The notes under the pieces: generated by a model
Databases searched by the model: none
Told to the model about the DNA's origin: nothing
What the model saw: only the letters and a program-made list of their open reading frames with translations
Program-made: the position numbers and the translations under genes
In this document: positions 47,301 through 64,000 of the stretch, piece after piece
Position numbering within the stretch: position 1 is the first letter of the stretch
How the letters are laid out: each line of letters starts with the position of its first letter
Assembly (NCBI GenBank): GCA_012295275.1
Contig: CM022671.1
Coordinates: 32,364,001 to 32,428,000, forward strand
Length of the DNA: 64,000 bases
Source of the DNA: Chrysomallon squamiferum
Taxonomy: Eukaryota > Animalia > Mollusca
Direction: 5' to 3'

Positions 47301-48142
47301 TTCGTCGTTTGGTTTGGCATGTTTGTGGTTTTTTAATTTAATTATTTCTAGGTGCAACTTTTGTTACATAATGTTACGAATATATTTTTTAAGCATCGGT
47401 GATTCTTGAAGAGCTTCTTTATGTAATTAAATTTGGATGGTGTTTTCTGAGAATTTTTAATTTATATTTATTTAACCACGTGGTACTAGTAGATCAGTAG
47501 TCTAGCAGTTTACTTATTATATATTTATATTTATCCTGGAACTTACCATACACTTATTATTAGAAATTGTCATCATAGAGCCCTGTAGGTGAGTCATTTA
47601 AATTTGTACACTTTCGTACCAATAGTAGCAGGTATGTGATAAAATTGTTTATAAAGTATCATTTCTCTACACAATAATACATCATTTCAAAGAGAGAGAG
47701 AGAAAGAATAGCAGACTAAAATGACACCAAGATATATCTGATAGCACTGATGTGAAGTGTAATGAGGTTTATCTGATTAAAGTTTGCCAGTATTTTTTCC
47801 TTCAGAATCTATAAAGAAACTGATTCATTTCATTTTCAGCCAATTGGCAACATAAACACTGAATATCTTATATAGTTTCAAAGCAACATACATGTATTAT
47901 ATATCAAAATGAAGCTTTTGGTGAGTTCTAGAGCTATACATTATTTTAAAGCTCTTTGCTGAAACTACTAGTATTTGGACACAACTTTCAAACCCCTGAA
48001 AGCAAATAATGTTTGGAAAGGGCTTGGAAACCCCTTTAAAATGACATCAAGTGAAAGTGTTGAATATTAAGGAAGTAACAGTAATTTCAAATCCAGTAAT
48101 AAGTGCTTATTTAAGACAGTTGAGGTTTGTGACTGAAAATTG

Positions 48143-48189
<47 letters not shown>

Positions 48190-50216
48190 AATCTGAAAAA
48201 CAAAGAAAAAATCATTCTTATGAAAGATGTAAGTAATTTAAAAAGAGTGAGTCATTAAGCAGGAAGTTTGGTCTGCTGACCATGTTTCAAGCGGTCAAGA
48301 CAATTGCCCTACTTACCATTGCTTCATAGAATTTCAAAGACAATAAGATGAAAAAGTATTTGAAAATTCCAGCTATTTTTCATTTGTGTCACATTTTTAA
48401 CTTAACTGATTTGAGTGTGTTGAAAATTTGTGATTTAAAAAACCCCACCAAGTATAGATACAGAAAAACCAAATCGAGAATGCTTATGAATTTCCTGCCT
48501 GTGTTTTTATGCTGGAATCCCCCAGAAATAACATACAACAGTGAAAAGCAAGCAAGTCCTCAAGCAAGATATGGGTGAAATGTAACAGCCAATTACTGCA
48601 ACATAGCTGCTGGGCATTGCAGTTTTCTGCACATAACTACTAACACTTGTGAATTTTGATTAATTTATTAACAACTAATTAGCAGTATAGAATTCAAATC
48701 AGTATACAGAAAGATCATATTTCAAAATTGAAAGTTGTAGAGGCCTCTACATTTTCAAGTATTTTGCTGACATTCATTTTTTAAAATTTAATTTTATATA
48801 TCAATTAGCATTAATTTGCCTAATGACTTCATTACACAGATTAGATATAAAGAAGATTGCTAAGAATTGTCTTCATAATTTAAACATTTAAATATGCTAC
48901 ATAATTACTAAATCGTGCAAACTGAATGAAAAATCAAACTTTTCAGACATTGGCAGCAATGGTAATAACTTTGGCCGCATCATTTGCTGAGAACACCACA
49001 CATTTTAGTTTCCAAAATTAAGTACCTGATGCCCTAAATATCTGTATGAATTTTGGCAGACTGTGAGAGGAATGTGTAAACAGTACCTATTTAAAGCTAA
49101 TCTTACATGACAATTATTTTGAAACCATAAATTTGTCTGTGATTTATCACATGTCAATAAACAAATACAGAGATGAAGCTGAATATGTATGCTAAGTCAT
49201 GATGAATTTTGTTTTGGAATACATACAAAAAAATAATGATGAAACAGAAAAGAGAAAGAGGGAACCCCCCCCCACCATGGAGCACAAAAATGCATCACAG
49301 CAGTTGGGCGACCTTCAATTTCAGTACAGCAACAGCTTTTATCATATACCTGGTAGTAGTAATATTAAAACATTGAAATGAAAGATAAAAACACTAACCC
49401 TATTATTAAGTTAAATATAATGTTTCTTAACAGTGTTTAATGTTAATAGCAAAATTTAATGAGTGGCAAAGCATAGAATAAAAATGATGAAATTAGTTGA
49501 ACTGCAGATATTCTTTCCAGTATGAGTGTTTTGGAGAAAAAAACATGTCTAACAAAAGAAATTTATTTTTAAATTTTCATTATTAACGTTTACAACTGTC
49601 ATACATTAGATGTAATATTAACTGTTATGTTTGAAACTTGTTCTGCGTTGTAGGCATTGACATTATTAATGATATGAAGTATGATTGTCTAATTTAAGTA
49701 ATCAGCTTGCATGTAGAGCTGGACATATGTCGTATTATATTCTGTTACTTTGTATTTCTCTAGCATAATGCTACTGTTGTAACATTATCTATGATTCTGT
49801 TTTGTGCAGATGAAACCCATTTTTGACTTGTGATTACTACCTGAATGGTTGTTACCTAGAACAAATTATCGTAAATTGCTGATTCTGCACAAAAGATTTA
49901 TTAAAATGAGAGCGAATTTTGATTACAAATTTATTCCTACCCTGGATATAATATTACAGGGTGCAGTTTTTGGTTCATTATTTAATTGTCAATTTTGAAA
50001 CTGTTTAGTATAATATTGGATGTTGACTTTGACACTTAAAAATATATCAATGTAGATTTAGAAGGGTTTTATTTCCTGTTATAGGTATGTTACTGTTTAT
50101 CACGGAATATATTTTTCAAAATTATTTTAGATTAATTTCCATTAAAGTTATTTAAAATATACCAAAATTATAATGATTGTTTTGGTTTCAGAATTTGGCA
50201 TAGTTTCAAAACCAAA

Positions 50217-64000
<13,784 letters not shown>

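Noticed and set aside
47715-47780. CTGA-rich stretch containing CACCAAGAT, resembling a U24-type guide
   Set aside because: No canonical C box, and the guide-to-D-box spacing does not fit.
49830-49845. tactacctga as a let-7/miR-98-like sequence (human HUWE1 hosts these miRNAs)
   Set aside because: Only a short partial match in antisense orientation, with no full mature sequence or matching hairpin.

Overview
AT-rich, microsatellite-laden animal genomic DNA with GT-AG introns; gene and repeat style suggest a mollusc (inference). Genes in order: the 5' part of an acid sphingomyelinase (SMPD1-like, minus strand, runs off the left edge); a complete ~23-coding-exon INTS2 (minus); a 3-exon secreted selenium-dependent glutathione peroxidase (minus) whose in-frame UGA is read as a stop by the ORF track and which has a type-2 SECIS about 1.75 kb downstream of the stop; an intronless Toll-like receptor (minus); a C2H2 zinc-finger gene (minus); and, head-to-head with it, the 5' part of HUWE1 (plus, runs off the right edge). 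Intergenic DNA holds a Tc1/mariner-type MITE and a decayed L2-like LINE. The most unusual signal is in the HUWE1 introns: a canonical SNORD27/U27-type C/D snoRNA (18S Am27/28 guide) is accompanied by four paralog-like C/D copies plus one deleted relic. Three copies sit in a ~390-bp tandem triplication, and their guide has changed at the target-specifying +5 position, suggesting retargeted or orphan snoRNAs. Also noted: a decayed TLR 5' duplicate inside GPx intron 1, near-overlap of the GPx 3' end with the INTS2 5' end, and tandem arrays seeded on splice sites. All coordinates were read by eye and no searches were run.
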